IMG/VR virus record: IMGVR_UViG_3300006175_000004
Coordinates: 10,109 to 74,108 of that record
Direction: 5' to 3' (one strand)
DNA: 64,000 nt
Source of the DNA: a virus
This document shows positions 28,539 through 38,290 of this stretch, one piece after another. The first letter of the stretch is position 1. Every line of letters begins with the position of its first letter. A program made the position numbers and the translations under genes. The notes under the pieces were generated by a model. It did not search any database, was not told the DNA's origin, and saw only the letters and a list, made by a program, of their open reading frames with translations.

Positions 28539-29915
28539 TCATGGCAGCCCAAAGCCGGTGCGTAATTTCTTGACTTGCGAGTAAAGGTTGTCGAATTGCG
28601 CAGCGGTCAAAGCAAAATCCCACCCGGCTGAAAATGCGAAGCGACCGTCAAGCGTGAAGGGCTGCGTTGCATCGCCGGTGCCAAGCACGGTGTCGGACGG
28701 GTTGCTGTCGGTATCCCCAAGGAAGATACCGGCAGAAGTTTGGTTCAGCCCATTCACGAAGAAGGTCGACACCCCTGAACTCTGATTGATCGATGCGCCG
28801 ACGAAATACCAACCGGGCGGGGTCGGGGTGGTTGAAGTCAGATACCACTCAACTCCGGCCTGATAATCATCGGCCCCGGCCAGCAGGAATTTGTCCGCTT
28901 GGAAATGCCCGGTGTAGTAATTCACCCCACCGGAGAATTGCAGCCAGCTATAGAATGCGACCGCGATGCCTTCATGCTGAAGCGTCGTGGTGGTATTGAA
29001 GATCGACATCCACCGGAAATCAGAAGCACCCGGCGCTGCATGACCCGGAAAATAGATCAGGCCCGCGCAACTGAAGCTCGCGTTCGACTGGTGGATTGCT
29101 TCTACCCACGCCGGATTGGCTTCGGCAATGCTGAGGAAATCGGTGCCGTCGCTGCTGAAGTATTCGTTGGCAGACAGCCCGCCCGATTGCCCGTGGAATG
29201 TCATGGCGTTCTTATTGAAGTTCAACCCATTGCCCGTCAGATCGGTGACCGTGCCACCGCTGCCCGGATAACTCGCGCTCGATCCTGCATCGATCACAAA
29301 CTTCGCGGGCGGAATGCCTGCCGCTGAGATGATGAAATTGAAGTTCTGATTCGTGGGAAGCCCGCCACCGCCACCGGTATTGGTATTGACTACCCCACCA
29401 GTCGGCGTCGCTGTCAGAATTTTGATGTCGCTGACTTCGAACTGCTGGCTTGATTCGCGGAAGACCAGTGACGTGCTCGAGAAATATCCGGCTGTTATAT
29501 TGATGTTGTAATTCACGATGCCGAGCTTCGTCGGATCGCCGGGGTCCGCATTCAAGGGGAATTGGAATTCGTTCTGCCCGGTGATCAATGCCTGCGTGGT
29601 GCCATTGTAGGCATCCGGGGCCATGCCCGACAGGGTCAGTTCTACCGTATCGTGCAGGATATATCCGTGTGGCTGTTCTGTGACCACAGTCACAAAGCCA
29701 TTCGCCCACGATGCGGACTGCACCGGGATCGCGTCCACCGATCCGATCACAGGCAGGGTCAGGATGCGAATTCCGTTCAGCGCGAACAAGCTGATGTAAT
29801 ATCGCCGTCCCACCATGTTCCATGTGACGACAGCGGTGTATTGTTGCCCGTCCAAGGTGGGCGTGAATTGGAAGGCCGCAGTCGCCGTCGGCAGAAAGTG
29901 GGTATATGTCGTCAT
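28539..29915 (-). CDS. baseplate protein with FCCH-like insert and C-terminal LamG/ConA-like domain
   Basis: N-terminal FTPTLDGQQY...WNMVGRRYY; C-terminal DAGSSASYPGSG...GWYFVG...FFVNG. Confidence 0.7.
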   Translation of the reverse strand: MTTYTHFLPTATAAFQFTPTLDGQQYTAVVTWNMVGRRYYISLFALNGIRILTLPVIGSVDAIPVQSASWANGFVTVVTEQPHGYILHDTVELTLSGMAPDAYNGTTQALITGQNEFQFPLNADPGDPTKLGIVNYNINITAGYFSSTSLVFRESSQQFEVSDIKILTATPTGGVVNTNTGGGGGLPTNQNFNFIISAAGIPPAKFVIDAGSSASYPGSGGTVTDLTGNGLNFNKNAMTFHGQSGGLSANEYFSSDGTDFLSIAEANPAWVEAIHQSNASFSCAGLIYFPGHAAPGASDFRWMSIFNTTTTLQHEGIAVAFYSWLQFSGGVNYYTGHFQADKFLLAGADDYQAGVEWYLTSTTPTPPGWYFVGASINQSSGVSTFFVNGLNQTSAGIFLGDTDSNPSDTVLGTGDATQPFTLDGRFAFSAGWDFALTAAQFDNLYSQVKKLRTGFGLP

Positions 29916-30676
29916 GGACTGACCGGGGAAGGCGGTTGCGGCACTGATGTATTCGATGCGTTGCCAGCTTGCGCTGCCGGGATCACAGATGATCCTGCGA
30001 GCGTCGGCGGGAAGCCCAAGGTATTCTCAACGCTTGACCACGCGGGTGGCCCGTTGAAAGCTGTGCCGTTGGTGGCCTTCTGCATGAAGCTGCTCAAAGC
30101 CTGTTCCGCCTGTTCTTCGGTCAGCAGCGGTATCTCAAAGTCCAATTGCCACGCCCAATTCGCCTGCTTGCTTTCCCCACTTGATACATCGCGGAAGGAG
30201 AGCATCAGCGCGTTTGCATAAATGAAAGACGGAGTGGCAAGCGTATATGTGCCGCCCGACTGGTTGTGCTGGTCAAGCGACGCTTTCAACGCGGTAATAA
30301 TTGCGGGCTTGTTGCCATATCCGCCCGGCTCGCGCACAGGGCAAACCATCCGGAAGGAGACCTTCAACGGGCTTTGAATGACCGCGTTTGCAGCCACCGC
30401 CTGATTGGCGAAGGGGTAGTGGCCCACATCCTGATTGATCAATTCGGAACCGGGCAGCGGAATGTATTGGGCGAAGAAGTCGTTCAGATCGATGTTGGTA
30501 TCCGCATTTTCCAAAATGCCATTGTTGCCGAAGACCGGGTTCCCAAAGGATGCAGCATCGGTCAGCGAAATGATCGGCAGTATCCCACCCGGAAGATTTG
30601 TGGCGATGCCGTTGGTCAAGATGATGGGGCTGACCTGATAGGCCAACTGAAAGCGGGAGATTCCTGGGCTGACCAT
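29912..30676 (-). CDS. tail tube initiator/Dit-like protein
   Basis: YPFANQAVAANA, WQLDFEIPL; follows the tape measure gene. Confidence 0.65.
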   Translation of the reverse strand: MVSPGISRFQLAYQVSPIILTNGIATNLPGGILPIISLTDAASFGNPVFGNNGILENADTNIDLNDFFAQYIPLPGSELINQDVGHYPFANQAVAANAVIQSPLKVSFRMVCPVREPGGYGNKPAIITALKASLDQHNQSGGTYTLATPSFIYANALMLSFRDVSSGESKQANWAWQLDFEIPLLTEEQAEQALSSFMQKATNGTAFNGPPAWSSVENTLGFPPTLAGSSVIPAAQAGNASNTSVPQPPSPVSP

Positions 30677-30677
30677 G

Positions 30678-32453
30678 TCAGTGTGGGAGTTGGGAAGAAG
30701 CGACCACTGCGCTTCCGCCTGTGTTGTTCAGAATGTTGATGATCACTTCCTTTGAGAACCCCGCGTTCGCTCTTCGATTTTCCTGCAACGCCATCGCTGA
30801 CAGGATTGAGGCCAATTGGTCCTTGTTGGCTGGATCAAGCGGATCGTTCGCACCGATCTTCGTGCGTTCCGCCACGGCCTTGATGTAACCTGCGGTATCG
30901 TTTTCGTTTGGCGGGGCAAACTTTGTGATGATCCCCGCAATGGTGTTCAGCTTGTCGCGATTTTCGTACAATTGCAATTGATGAGCCGCAGCCTTCACGC
31001 CTTCGGCATCCGATCCAAAGGTTTGAAATGCGGTCGTCGATCCGGGCACCCGAAGGTTGAACGGATTGTGCCTGCCGCCACCCGCGCTTGCGAATGGAAT
31101 TCCGCTCGAGCGCACACCGCCACCGCCACCGCCGCTACCACCGAAGAAATAACGAAGCAATTGAGCGCCGGGCTCCATGACCATGTTTGATCCGTGGCCC
31201 GCTGCGGATGCTTCCCGCTGCTTCTCGAAGCTGTAGCCAAAGCCTGCCCCGGCAACCGCGCCAACCGGCCCACCGACAGCGAAACCGCCGACAGCCCCGC
31301 CACCCGCCGCTGCTGAAGCCTTCAGGCCCGTGCTGGTGACGAGCCAATGGATTGCCCCGGCCAATGCACCGACGTCTTCTGTGAAGCCTTTGACCTTCGC
31401 CTTGAAATCGGACCCGCCCAAATAGGTGGCCCACTCACCCAGTGTCTTACCGAAGTCCTTGATGGCTTCCTTGAGCTTTGGGGTCTCAAGAAATGCCTTG
31501 ACCGTATCGGCAGCCGATTCGGAAAGGTCGCCAAGCTTGTCAGCCACATCGGTCAGATCATCGACCAAAACATTTTCGATGCGATCCCCGGCCCGCTCGA
31601 GTTTGATCAGAAAGTTCTGCCACTTTTCCTGCGTGTCACCGCCAAGATCGAATGACTTGACATCCTTCCCATATTGCCCGGCGACGGTATTAAATGTGCC
31701 CGCACCCGTGCCCCTGATCCGGTTGGCTTCCTGAATTCCGATACCAAAATTCTCAAGGCCCAAGGCTCCGATGCGATTGCCGAGCTGTGCTTGCGGAATG
31801 CTGTCAAGCAGGGGCTTCAGCTTCTGGAACAGCAGCGGAGCCACATCACCCGTCGTCTTCCCAGCGATATCGGATTCAGTCAGCCCGGCATTATAAAGGA
31901 ACCGCCGCTTGGACACATCGCTCAGAGACTCGTTCACGCCCGACAGGAAGCTGTTGGGATCGACGTAGCGGCTGTAATTCAGGCCGAAGGCTTGCCGCTG
32001 CCCGTATGTCGCATTCAGCCCCAGCGAAGCCCTGCGGCCCGATGACACGGTCTGAGCAAGGCGGTCAAGCCCGAACAGCGATCCCCCGCCAATCAGCCCG
32101 GTGGCAAGCGTCCCAAGGCCCGTCCATTTGGCGATGGTCCGCAGATTTTCACCAACGCTACGGGCTGCTTCCTTGGTGTATCGCGCGATGTTCTTCCACG
32201 CGGTTTCGGTCTTCTTGATCTCCTTGGTCTGATTTTCCTCAGACTTGGCGAGCTGCTTTGATATCGCATTCCACGTATACAGGGCCTTCACAATGTCGGT
32301 GAAGGTATCGCTTTGCGCGTCGACCTGACCGCCGATCTTCTTCCACGCGTCGCCCTGCTTCTTGAGAGCTTCAGTGTACTTTTGGAACAGCGCGTGAAAC
32401 CGTTTGAATTCGGCGTCATTGACGTCGATATCGATGACAGATTTGACGGTCAT
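30678..32453 (-). CDS. tape measure protein with C-terminal lysozyme-like domain
   Basis: Helical A/G-rich body; HNPFNLR...FAPPNENDTAGY. Confidence 0.8.
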   Translation of the reverse strand: MTVKSVIDIDVNDAEFKRFHALFQKYTEALKKQGDAWKKIGGQVDAQSDTFTDIVKALYTWNAISKQLAKSEENQTKEIKKTETAWKNIARYTKEAARSVGENLRTIAKWTGLGTLATGLIGGGSLFGLDRLAQTVSSGRRASLGLNATYGQRQAFGLNYSRYVDPNSFLSGVNESLSDVSKRRFLYNAGLTESDIAGKTTGDVAPLLFQKLKPLLDSIPQAQLGNRIGALGLENFGIGIQEANRIRGTGAGTFNTVAGQYGKDVKSFDLGGDTQEKWQNFLIKLERAGDRIENVLVDDLTDVADKLGDLSESAADTVKAFLETPKLKEAIKDFGKTLGEWATYLGGSDFKAKVKGFTEDVGALAGAIHWLVTSTGLKASAAAGGGAVGGFAVGGPVGAVAGAGFGYSFEKQREASAAGHGSNMVMEPGAQLLRYFFGGSGGGGGGVRSSGIPFASAGGGRHNPFNLRVPGSTTAFQTFGSDAEGVKAAAHQLQLYENRDKLNTIAGIITKFAPPNENDTAGYIKAVAERTKIGANDPLDPANKDQLASILSAMALQENRRANAGFSKEVIINILNNTGGSAVVASSQLPH

Positions 32454-32755
32454 GATTGCCCCAAGCCCCGCAAGTAGCGGTGGCGAAAGTCCTGCGCGTC
32501 TGCGAAGTCAAGGCCGGGCATTTTCTGCGCGGCGATCAATTCCGCGAAGCCTTCAGTGACGACCCATTCCAAAACTTCGTGCACTACTGTGCTGCCTTCT
32601 TGGTAATATCTTCGTCCTTGGTCGGTGTCCGCAAGGAAGCTGCGAATTCCGTAGAGTTCGATGACACGATTCGCGCTTCCCATAGATCGCAGGCCATCCC
32701 AAGCACCCCCGGCAGTTGGGTCTTTCGGTGCATGAGCGAGACTACAGTAAAAAAA
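32450..32755 (-). CDS. -1 frameshift extension of the tail assembly chaperone (gpGT-like)
   Basis: -1 frame is open from the T7 run at 32749-32755 to the stop at 32450, which overlaps the TMP start. Confidence 0.6.
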   Translation of the reverse strand, partial: FFYCSLAHAPKDPTAGGAWDGLRSMGSANRVIELYGIRSFLADTDQGRRYYQEGSTVVHEVLEWVVTEGFAELIAAQKMPGLDFADAQDFRHRYLRGLGQS

Positions 32756-33153
32756 GCCAGTGCGTTTTCGACCTCGCTGGCTTCGTCCTGATCTAACATG
32801 TTTTTGCGGAGCGCTTCATCGAAGGGGATCGCTTCCCAACCTTGCTCGGTCAGAAGGATCGCAGACGTCAGGCGATGGATTTCTCCCACAAGCCCGTGCT
32901 GCACTTCGGCAACATATTCGTCGCCACCCATCTTCTTGGCTTCCTGCTTCAGAAGCAGGGCAGCGACAGCGGGTCCGCTGCTGACCCCCAAACCTTCCCC
33001 GTAGATCGCGGCGAAGGTTTTGGCGATGACCATGAAATAGGCGTCGAATACCACCCGATTGATTGGCGTCGAATGGATATGGATGGTCTGTCCATTGTCG
33101 CGCGGCAATGGTATGACCAGATTCAACTTTCGATTGATGTGAATTGCTTGCAT
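32584..33153 (-). CDS. tail assembly chaperone
   Basis: Between tube and tape measure; contains GCT TTT TTT slippery site. Confidence 0.8.
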   Translation of the reverse strand: MQAIHINRKLNLVIPLPRDNGQTIHIHSTPINRVVFDAYFMVIAKTFAAIYGEGLGVSSGPAVAALLLKQEAKKMGGDEYVAEVQHGLVGEIHRLTSAILLTEQGWEAIPFDEALRKNMLDQDEASEVENALAFFTVVSLMHRKTQLPGVLGMACDLWEARIVSSNSTEFAASLRTPTKDEDITKKAAQ

Positions 33154-33196
33154 TGGTGGGTGCCTCTGCAATGGTGGAAGGGATCAGGCCAAGCTC

Positions 33197-33640
33197 TTAT
33201 TCACTCCACAGATCGTTGTTGATCAAATAGTAACCGCCGATGGTTATCCGATATCCCGCGTCCTTCCCGTTCATCGCAAGCGGGGCCACCGATTGAATGG
33301 CCGTGTTGATGAACTGGTAGGGCGGGAATGAACGCGTATCAGGCCGCACCGTTATCGTGCCGATCCGGGCGTCCGCTTCCATTTGCTCCTTGTACAAGCT
33401 CGACAGGAACTGCGATTTGAGCAAATGAATGGTGACCTGCACCGGCATATAAGGCTCCGGCGAAGTCACCGCCCCGGTCAGTGTTGGAATGAACAGCACC
33501 GCGTCGCCTTGCAAAGCGACCCCGATTCCGTCTTCCCCAAGGAAGCCAGCGGTGACATTCAGTTCGGGAAAGTCGGGGATCACAACAGACGCAATCAGCC
33601 TGTTGAGCGTGCCCTGATCAATAAGCGGGTTTCCTGCCAC
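33197..33640 (-). CDS. tail tube protein
   Basis: 147 aa after the sheath; NPLIDQGTLNRL, PTLTGAVTSPEPY. Confidence 0.8.
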   Translation of the reverse strand: MAGNPLIDQGTLNRLIASVVIPDFPELNVTAGFLGEDGIGVALQGDAVLFIPTLTGAVTSPEPYMPVQVTIHLLKSQFLSSLYKEQMEADARIGTITVRPDTRSFPPYQFINTAIQSVAPLAMNGKDAGYRITIGGYYLINNDLWSE

Positions 33641-33678
33641 GGTCTATCTCCAATCTGGAAGTAAAAGGTTTCGGTATT

Positions 33679-35295
33679 TTACAGGGCGACGAAGTTGCTG
33701 ACGTTGATGTTGAAGACGATCTGCGTGAAGCCCCGCGCGGGCACATAGGCGACTGTCAGACCGGCATACCTGCCAATCTTGTAGTCGCCCGGATTGGCAA
33801 GGCTGTAGGGAATGAAAGGCACAGCGTTGATGACCGTCTTCCCGGCGTATTTCCCGCTGTCCAAAGCTTGCTGGAATGCGACGGCGTCAAGCTGCGTCTG
33901 AACGATGTCGCCAAGCACAAGGCCGAAGGAAACGCCGTCAGTCATCAGATTGACCACAACCGCTTGCAGGCGATTGATTCCATCCTGATTGTAATACAGC
34001 GGGTTCTGCGGGTTGTTCGATCCATTGATTATGGCGTTGGCAATCCGCAGGTCGCCATTGATCTGCACCCAATCCACCGAGTACCAAAAGGTGAAGTCGT
34101 TGCCGTCCTTGGTGGTGCCCCAAAAGATCACGGCGTTGCTGATCCCGCCTTCAGCACCGGTGCCAACCCAGTTCGTGAAGGATGCCTTCAGGGCCGCGAG
34201 CAGAACATTGTTGCCCACGATGGGATATGGGGTAACCCCGAACAGATAGCTGAAGGCGAAGGGCGTGACCTTATTGGTCGATGATGGGGAATAATTCAGC
34301 GCCACCCAAAAGTCTGCGGCAAGACTGAATTCCGTGACCGGAATGCCCGGTGCTTCCACCGCCACGATGGCGCACTTCATCAGGTCGGTGAAGCTGGTGT
34401 AATTCGATGTGGTGGCCGTGATCCAGAAGTAGGTCTTGGCGGTCAGGGATTCATACCCGGCCATGAATGACAAGAATGTGCTTTCAGCAGCCCATGACCT
34501 CGGCACCAAATATCCGTAGAAGAATTGCGGGCTCGCTGCGATAAAGGCACCAAGCTCGGTCACGCCTTGCGCCGGAGTGCCCGGCCCCAATTCAAGCACG
34601 TAGACCGCTTGCTGCGATCCCATCCCGAAGAAGGTGGTCGCCATCGCCACGAGTTCGGACGAATTGCCCGGCGTATATTTGATGGTGCCAGTAGCCGGAC
34701 TGGTCAGCGTGGATGGAATTGTATACGTGAATGTGCTCGCGGATGCTACGGTCGCCAAGAATGTGCCGTTGTATCCGGCAGGCGTAGCTCCGCTGATGGT
34801 GGTCAGGAATGAGCCGGAAGCGGGCATGTTGTCCAATTGGACATCTGCCGTTGCAATGGTCATGGTCAGCGAAGTGGCGACGGTATAGATCAGCGTGCCG
34901 CCCGTCGATCCTGCTTCGGCAGTGAATGTGCCGTCAATCGAAGCGAAGCTGCCTGTTCCCGTTGCCCCGGACACAGTAACCACTTGGCCCGGAAGAATTC
35001 CGATGTTGGCGGTCAAAGTCAGCGTGACTTCTCCCGTCAAAGTGTCATAGCTGCCTGCCGATATGGTGGTCGAAGGCAACGTCGCCGTCGCTGTGGTGCC
35101 TGAAGAAGTCAGGCTCGCCAGCGTGATCGCGGTAGCCAATTGTGCCGTCAGATCGGCAAGCTGCGTCAGCAAAGCCGTTGCACCAACCGCAAGCTTGGTG
35201 CCGCCTTGGCTGATCAATGCCCCTGTCTTCTGAAGTGTCGACGGGGTAGGGGCCACCGTCTCCGTGACATTGGTAATGACAATGTTATTGGTCAT
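33679..35295 (-). CDS. tail sheath protein (DUF3383-like)
   Basis: WYSVDWVQIN, PLYYNQDGINRLQ, YVPARGF; two inserted beta domains. Confidence 0.85.
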   Translation of the reverse strand: MTNNIVITNVTETVAPTPSTLQKTGALISQGGTKLAVGATALLTQLADLTAQLATAITLASLTSSGTTATATLPSTTISAGSYDTLTGEVTLTLTANIGILPGQVVTVSGATGTGSFASIDGTFTAEAGSTGGTLIYTVATSLTMTIATADVQLDNMPASGSFLTTISGATPAGYNGTFLATVASASTFTYTIPSTLTSPATGTIKYTPGNSSELVAMATTFFGMGSQQAVYVLELGPGTPAQGVTELGAFIAASPQFFYGYLVPRSWAAESTFLSFMAGYESLTAKTYFWITATTSNYTSFTDLMKCAIVAVEAPGIPVTEFSLAADFWVALNYSPSSTNKVTPFAFSYLFGVTPYPIVGNNVLLAALKASFTNWVGTGAEGGISNAVIFWGTTKDGNDFTFWYSVDWVQINGDLRIANAIINGSNNPQNPLYYNQDGINRLQAVVVNLMTDGVSFGLVLGDIVQTQLDAVAFQQALDSGKYAGKTVINAVPFIPYSLANPGDYKIGRYAGLTVAYVPARGFTQIVFNINVSNFVAL

Positions 35296-35308
35296 CGATT
35301 TGATTCCC

Positions 35309-35497
35309 TCAAGGATAATCGGTGCATGGTTCGAACAGATCGTCAGCCGGTGGCCAAGGCCGCATCCGCCCAACCGCCGTCCTGATTTTCTTTACCAGAT
35401 CAGGACGGCGTTCGCTTTCCAGCAGCTCGATCAGAAACGCTGCCTCATCCCGCGATAGCTGGATGTAAGCGACCGGGGGTTGATAACAGCGCGACAT
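35309..35497 (-). CDS. hypothetical protein
   Basis: 62-aa ORF filling the gap. Confidence 0.5.
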   Translation of the reverse strand: MSRCYQPPVAYIQLSRDEAAFLIELLESERRPDLVKKIRTAVGRMRPWPPADDLFEPCTDYP

Positions 35498-35503
35498 CTG
35501 ATC

Positions 35504-35800
35504 TTACGGACCAGTTGGCCCAGTCGCTCCGGTTGCTCCGGTTGCTCCGGTTGGCCCGGTAGGTCCGGTCGCTCCGGTTGCTCCGGTTGCTCCGGTTGGC
35601 CCGGTAGGTCCGGTCGGCCCCGCTACTCCGGCACCGGTCTGGTGCCAAGCTCCGGCCCGCCAAACGTAGGAAGCATAAGGCGTGGTGTCGATATTGTAGT
35701 AAATCTGCCCGATGGACAGCGCCACTCCGGGCGTGGAAACTCCAGTCGGTGCGCCATGCCCGAACAAAGGCTGTGGTGTCCAGATGGGATTCTGCGGCAT
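35504..35800 (-). CDS. collagen-like (GXT) mini-protein
   Basis: AGGAG RBS; N-terminal GHGAP...GQIYYN domain, then GPT/GAT triplets up to the stop. Confidence 0.85.
   Translation of the reverse strand: MPQNPIWTPQPLFGHGAPTGVSTPGVALSIGQIYYNIDTTPYASYVWRAGAWHQTGAGVAGPTGPTGPTGATGATGATGPTGPTGATGATGATGPTGP
35523..35612. repeat. 45-bp tandem duplication in the collagen region
   Basis: GTCGCTCCGGTTGCTCCGGTTGCTCCGGTTGGCCCGGTAGGTCCG x2. Confidence 0.9.
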
Positions 35801-35811
35801 TGAATTTTCTC

Positions 35812-36846
35812 CTATGGGTCTGGTACAGCGTAATTGATGATGACCGTCTTGATCAATTGCCGGGCGATATCCCGCGCAACACTCTGGTAGTAAGACACTT
35901 CAAAGTCGACCGACTTGCGCTGTGCAAGTATTCCGAATTCGACCTGCGGCCTTTTATCATCCCTGATCACAGGCATGTTCAGCAGGCCGATGCTGTCGTA
36001 ATTGACGCTGAACTGATTGACGAAGTCCATGAAAGTCAGTGCCGCGTCGTTGTCGATCCCGTACATCACCACCCGCACAAGGTCTTTGCATAGCTGTGTG
36101 TGACCGTAAGTTCGATCTAGTCGCGGCGCTGACCCAATCGCCACAGTCCCCGTTGGTTCGATGTGAATCGTAGCAAACGGTGGCACTTCGTTCTGTGGCG
36201 AAAGGAATGACGGAAACAGCGGGAAGGTATCGTTGGAAAAGACTTCCCACGGCTGCGCTTTATAGTTGTTCATCGACAACCAAATCGGCAGCGAATTGGA
36301 TACGATCAGCCGGTTGCGAAGCTGCTCCGGATCGTCGATCAATTGCGAGGCCATGATCGAATAAATGGCCCGCCCCACATAGTGGTATATGTCGGCCTGA
36401 CGGTAGAAGCTGCCCCGGCTGCCGAAGGCGAACTTGATTCCGTCGAAGGTGCCCACATACATCAGGCTGGGATTGACCTCATTCAAATCCTTCACTTCGT
36501 TTTCGGACGTGAAGATCACCCGGTTGGACACGAAGGTTTCCGACTGATCCTGCGACAGATCGCTGATGTAATGCAGGCTTCCCTTCACCCTGATGAATTG
36601 CGCCGGGGTATCCACGGACGCCAACTGGTCCAATTGGGCGGTATCGAACGGCGACGTATTGAACAGGGCGGACGGAGAAAGCTGATCGGCCTTCACCCAA
36701 AAGACGAAGCCATCAAGCGGAAGGACCACCCGCTTGTAGAGCGTAAAGTCGACTTCCTGCACATAGGATAACGTCTCGATCCCGGCAGCGAGCGCTGCAT
36801 TCAGGAACGAGTTGTCGGTGCCGGTTGATTCCGCTGCGTTCGCCAT
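35812..36846 (-). CDS. neck/tail-completion protein
   Basis: [15 protein letters not shown]; position between head and sheath genes. Confidence 0.65.
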   Translation of the reverse strand: MANAAESTGTDNSFLNAALAAGIETLSYVQEVDFTLYKRVVLPLDGFVFWVKADQLSPSALFNTSPFDTAQLDQLASVDTPAQFIRVKGSLHYISDLSQDQSETFVSNRVIFTSENEVKDLNEVNPSLMYVGTFDGIKFAFGSRGSFYRQADIYHYVGRAIYSIMASQLIDDPEQLRNRLIVSNSLPIWLSMNNYKAQPWEVFSNDTFPLFPSFLSPQNEVPPFATIHIEPTGTVAIGSAPRLDRTYGHTQLCKDLVRVVMYGIDNDAALTFMDFVNQFSVNYDSIGLLNMPVIRDDKRPQVEFGILAQRKSVDFEVSYYQSVARDIARQLIKTVIINYAVPDP

Positions 36847-37211
36847 CACTCATCCCTTGGCGGAAAGTCGCCTTGGTCATAATCCGCAAGCTTGATAAAG
36901 ACGTGCCATCCACATCCGGGCGGATGGTGGTATTTCTTTCCCTTGTGGGTGAATTCCGCTTCCTTGGAATCGAAGAAGCTTTGTGTCACCCGACCATCTG
37001 CGTGAACATGGTGCAGACCGATCCCGGTTGTGATCCCGCACTTGCATCGCACCAAGGGCTTTAACTGCTTGCCCGCCATATCCTGAACAGGAAACCAGCC
37101 CGGCGCTGTGGTTTTGTCGTACCCATCCAACTTGGGTATCAGGATGGGGTTGTTCGCATCACAGCGGTCGATCCCGCTCACAAGCGACATTGGGTGCGGT
37201 TGGAAAGCCAT
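36846..37211 (-). CDS. Cys/His-rich hypothetical protein (DUF6527-like)
   Basis: RCKCG...H...GCGWHVFI putative metal ligands; coupled on both sides. Confidence 0.55.
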   Translation of the reverse strand: MAFQPHPMSLVSGIDRCDANNPILIPKLDGYDKTTAPGWFPVQDMAGKQLKPLVRCKCGITTGIGLHHVHADGRVTQSFFDSKEAEFTHKGKKYHHPPGCGWHVFIKLADYDQGDFPPRDE

Positions 37212-37681
37212 CAGTCAACCCACGCCTTGAATGCTGCCTGATATTGTCCGGTGTCGATGAAGGAAGGCCGACGCTTGTTGGCCTTCGCATAAGGATGCAG
37301 CAGGCGATGGTTCACACCCGCCAATGCAGCAGCGGTTGGCACACCGGGGTAGCCGATCTTTTCCGGCCCGCCCATTGACAGCCATTGCTTGAAACGGTCA
37401 CCGATATCATCGCCCGCCGATGCAAACGGATCGCCTGAAGCCGGTGCGCCTTGCAGCAAGTCTTCCAGCGCACCCGCCAAGCCCTGCTCGAGCGACCGCA
37501 GCACGAACAATTTGTCGATCTCGAAGAAGTTCTGCATGACGTGGTATTTGGCTTCCAAGATTTCAGCCACGTCATAGGTGCTGATCGACGGCACCGACTT
37601 CCGGGGCTTCCGCTTGCCCTTGCGCGGGGCGGGCTGTGGATAGGCGTAGGGATGGTCGATTACCCCGAGATGCAGCTTCAT
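37211..37681 (-). CDS. neck protein
   Basis: MKLHLGVIDHPY, RPSFIDTGQY. Confidence 0.7.
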   Translation of the reverse strand: MKLHLGVIDHPYAYPQPAPRKGKRKPRKSVPSISTYDVAEILEAKYHVMQNFFEIDKLFVLRSLEQGLAGALEDLLQGAPASGDPFASAGDDIGDRFKQWLSMGGPEKIGYPGVPTAAALAGVNHRLLHPYAKANKRRPSFIDTGQYQAAFKAWVD

Positions 37682-37790
37682 TTTTAAGCCTTGAGGGGCC
37701 GCAGGCCGGGCTTCCAAGGGGCCGGAAGGGCCGGAAGCCGAGGTATGCGGCCAGAATCGCCGGAATTCACGCCTGCCAATGGCCCCGGCT

Positions 37791-38285
37791 TCATGGGGTT
37801 AGGCCCCAAATGGACGTGCCATAGTCCTGCGCGAATGCAAGATATTGACGGCCCCACGGCGTCTTCAGGTTTTGCAGGTTCGCCATCGTGAAGTCCTTGG
37901 CCGCTTCGATGTTCAGATAGCTGCTGCTCGTCCCTTCATCGCTTGCCGATTGGATCACGCCCGGAATGAACTTCAGGCAATTGTACTGGTTGCGTGAGTA
38001 TTTGAAGAAGGGTGCAGGCGGATCGCTTCCGGGGATGGTCGCAGCGCCGGGAAGATCGGCGGCGTAATTGATGAGATTATCACCGCCGAGATTGTAAACC
38101 GCCAAGACGTAAATGTCAGGAATGACATTCAGGGTAAGGTTCACAATGTCGACCGAGATTTGCAGCGCAAACGGGATCGCCGGGGAATTGTCCGGCAGCA
38201 CGGTGGTGTCGATCCCCATGTTCAGGCGAATGAAGTTGGTAAAGCCTGCAACAGACACGGGTTGGATTGTGAAGAACTTACCCAT
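37791..38285 (-). CDS. head-tail adaptor (DUF4054-like)
   Basis: GVIQSASDEGTS, LKTPWGRQYLA. Confidence 0.7.
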   Translation of the reverse strand: MGKFFTIQPVSVAGFTNFIRLNMGIDTTVLPDNSPAIPFALQISVDIVNLTLNVIPDIYVLAVYNLGGDNLINYAADLPGAATIPGSDPPAPFFKYSRNQYNCLKFIPGVIQSASDEGTSSSYLNIEAAKDFTMANLQNLKTPWGRQYLAFAQDYGTSIWGLTP

Positions 38286-38290
38286 CGAGG

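Noticed and set aside
17227-29915. Diversity-generating retroelement or invertible fibre cassette
   Set aside because: No reverse transcriptase, invertase or TR/VR repeat pair seen.
37684-37794. 36-aa Pro-rich minus-strand ORF between adaptor and neck genes
   Set aside because: It has an ATGA overlap but is low-complexity and has no recognisable features, so it could not be supported.
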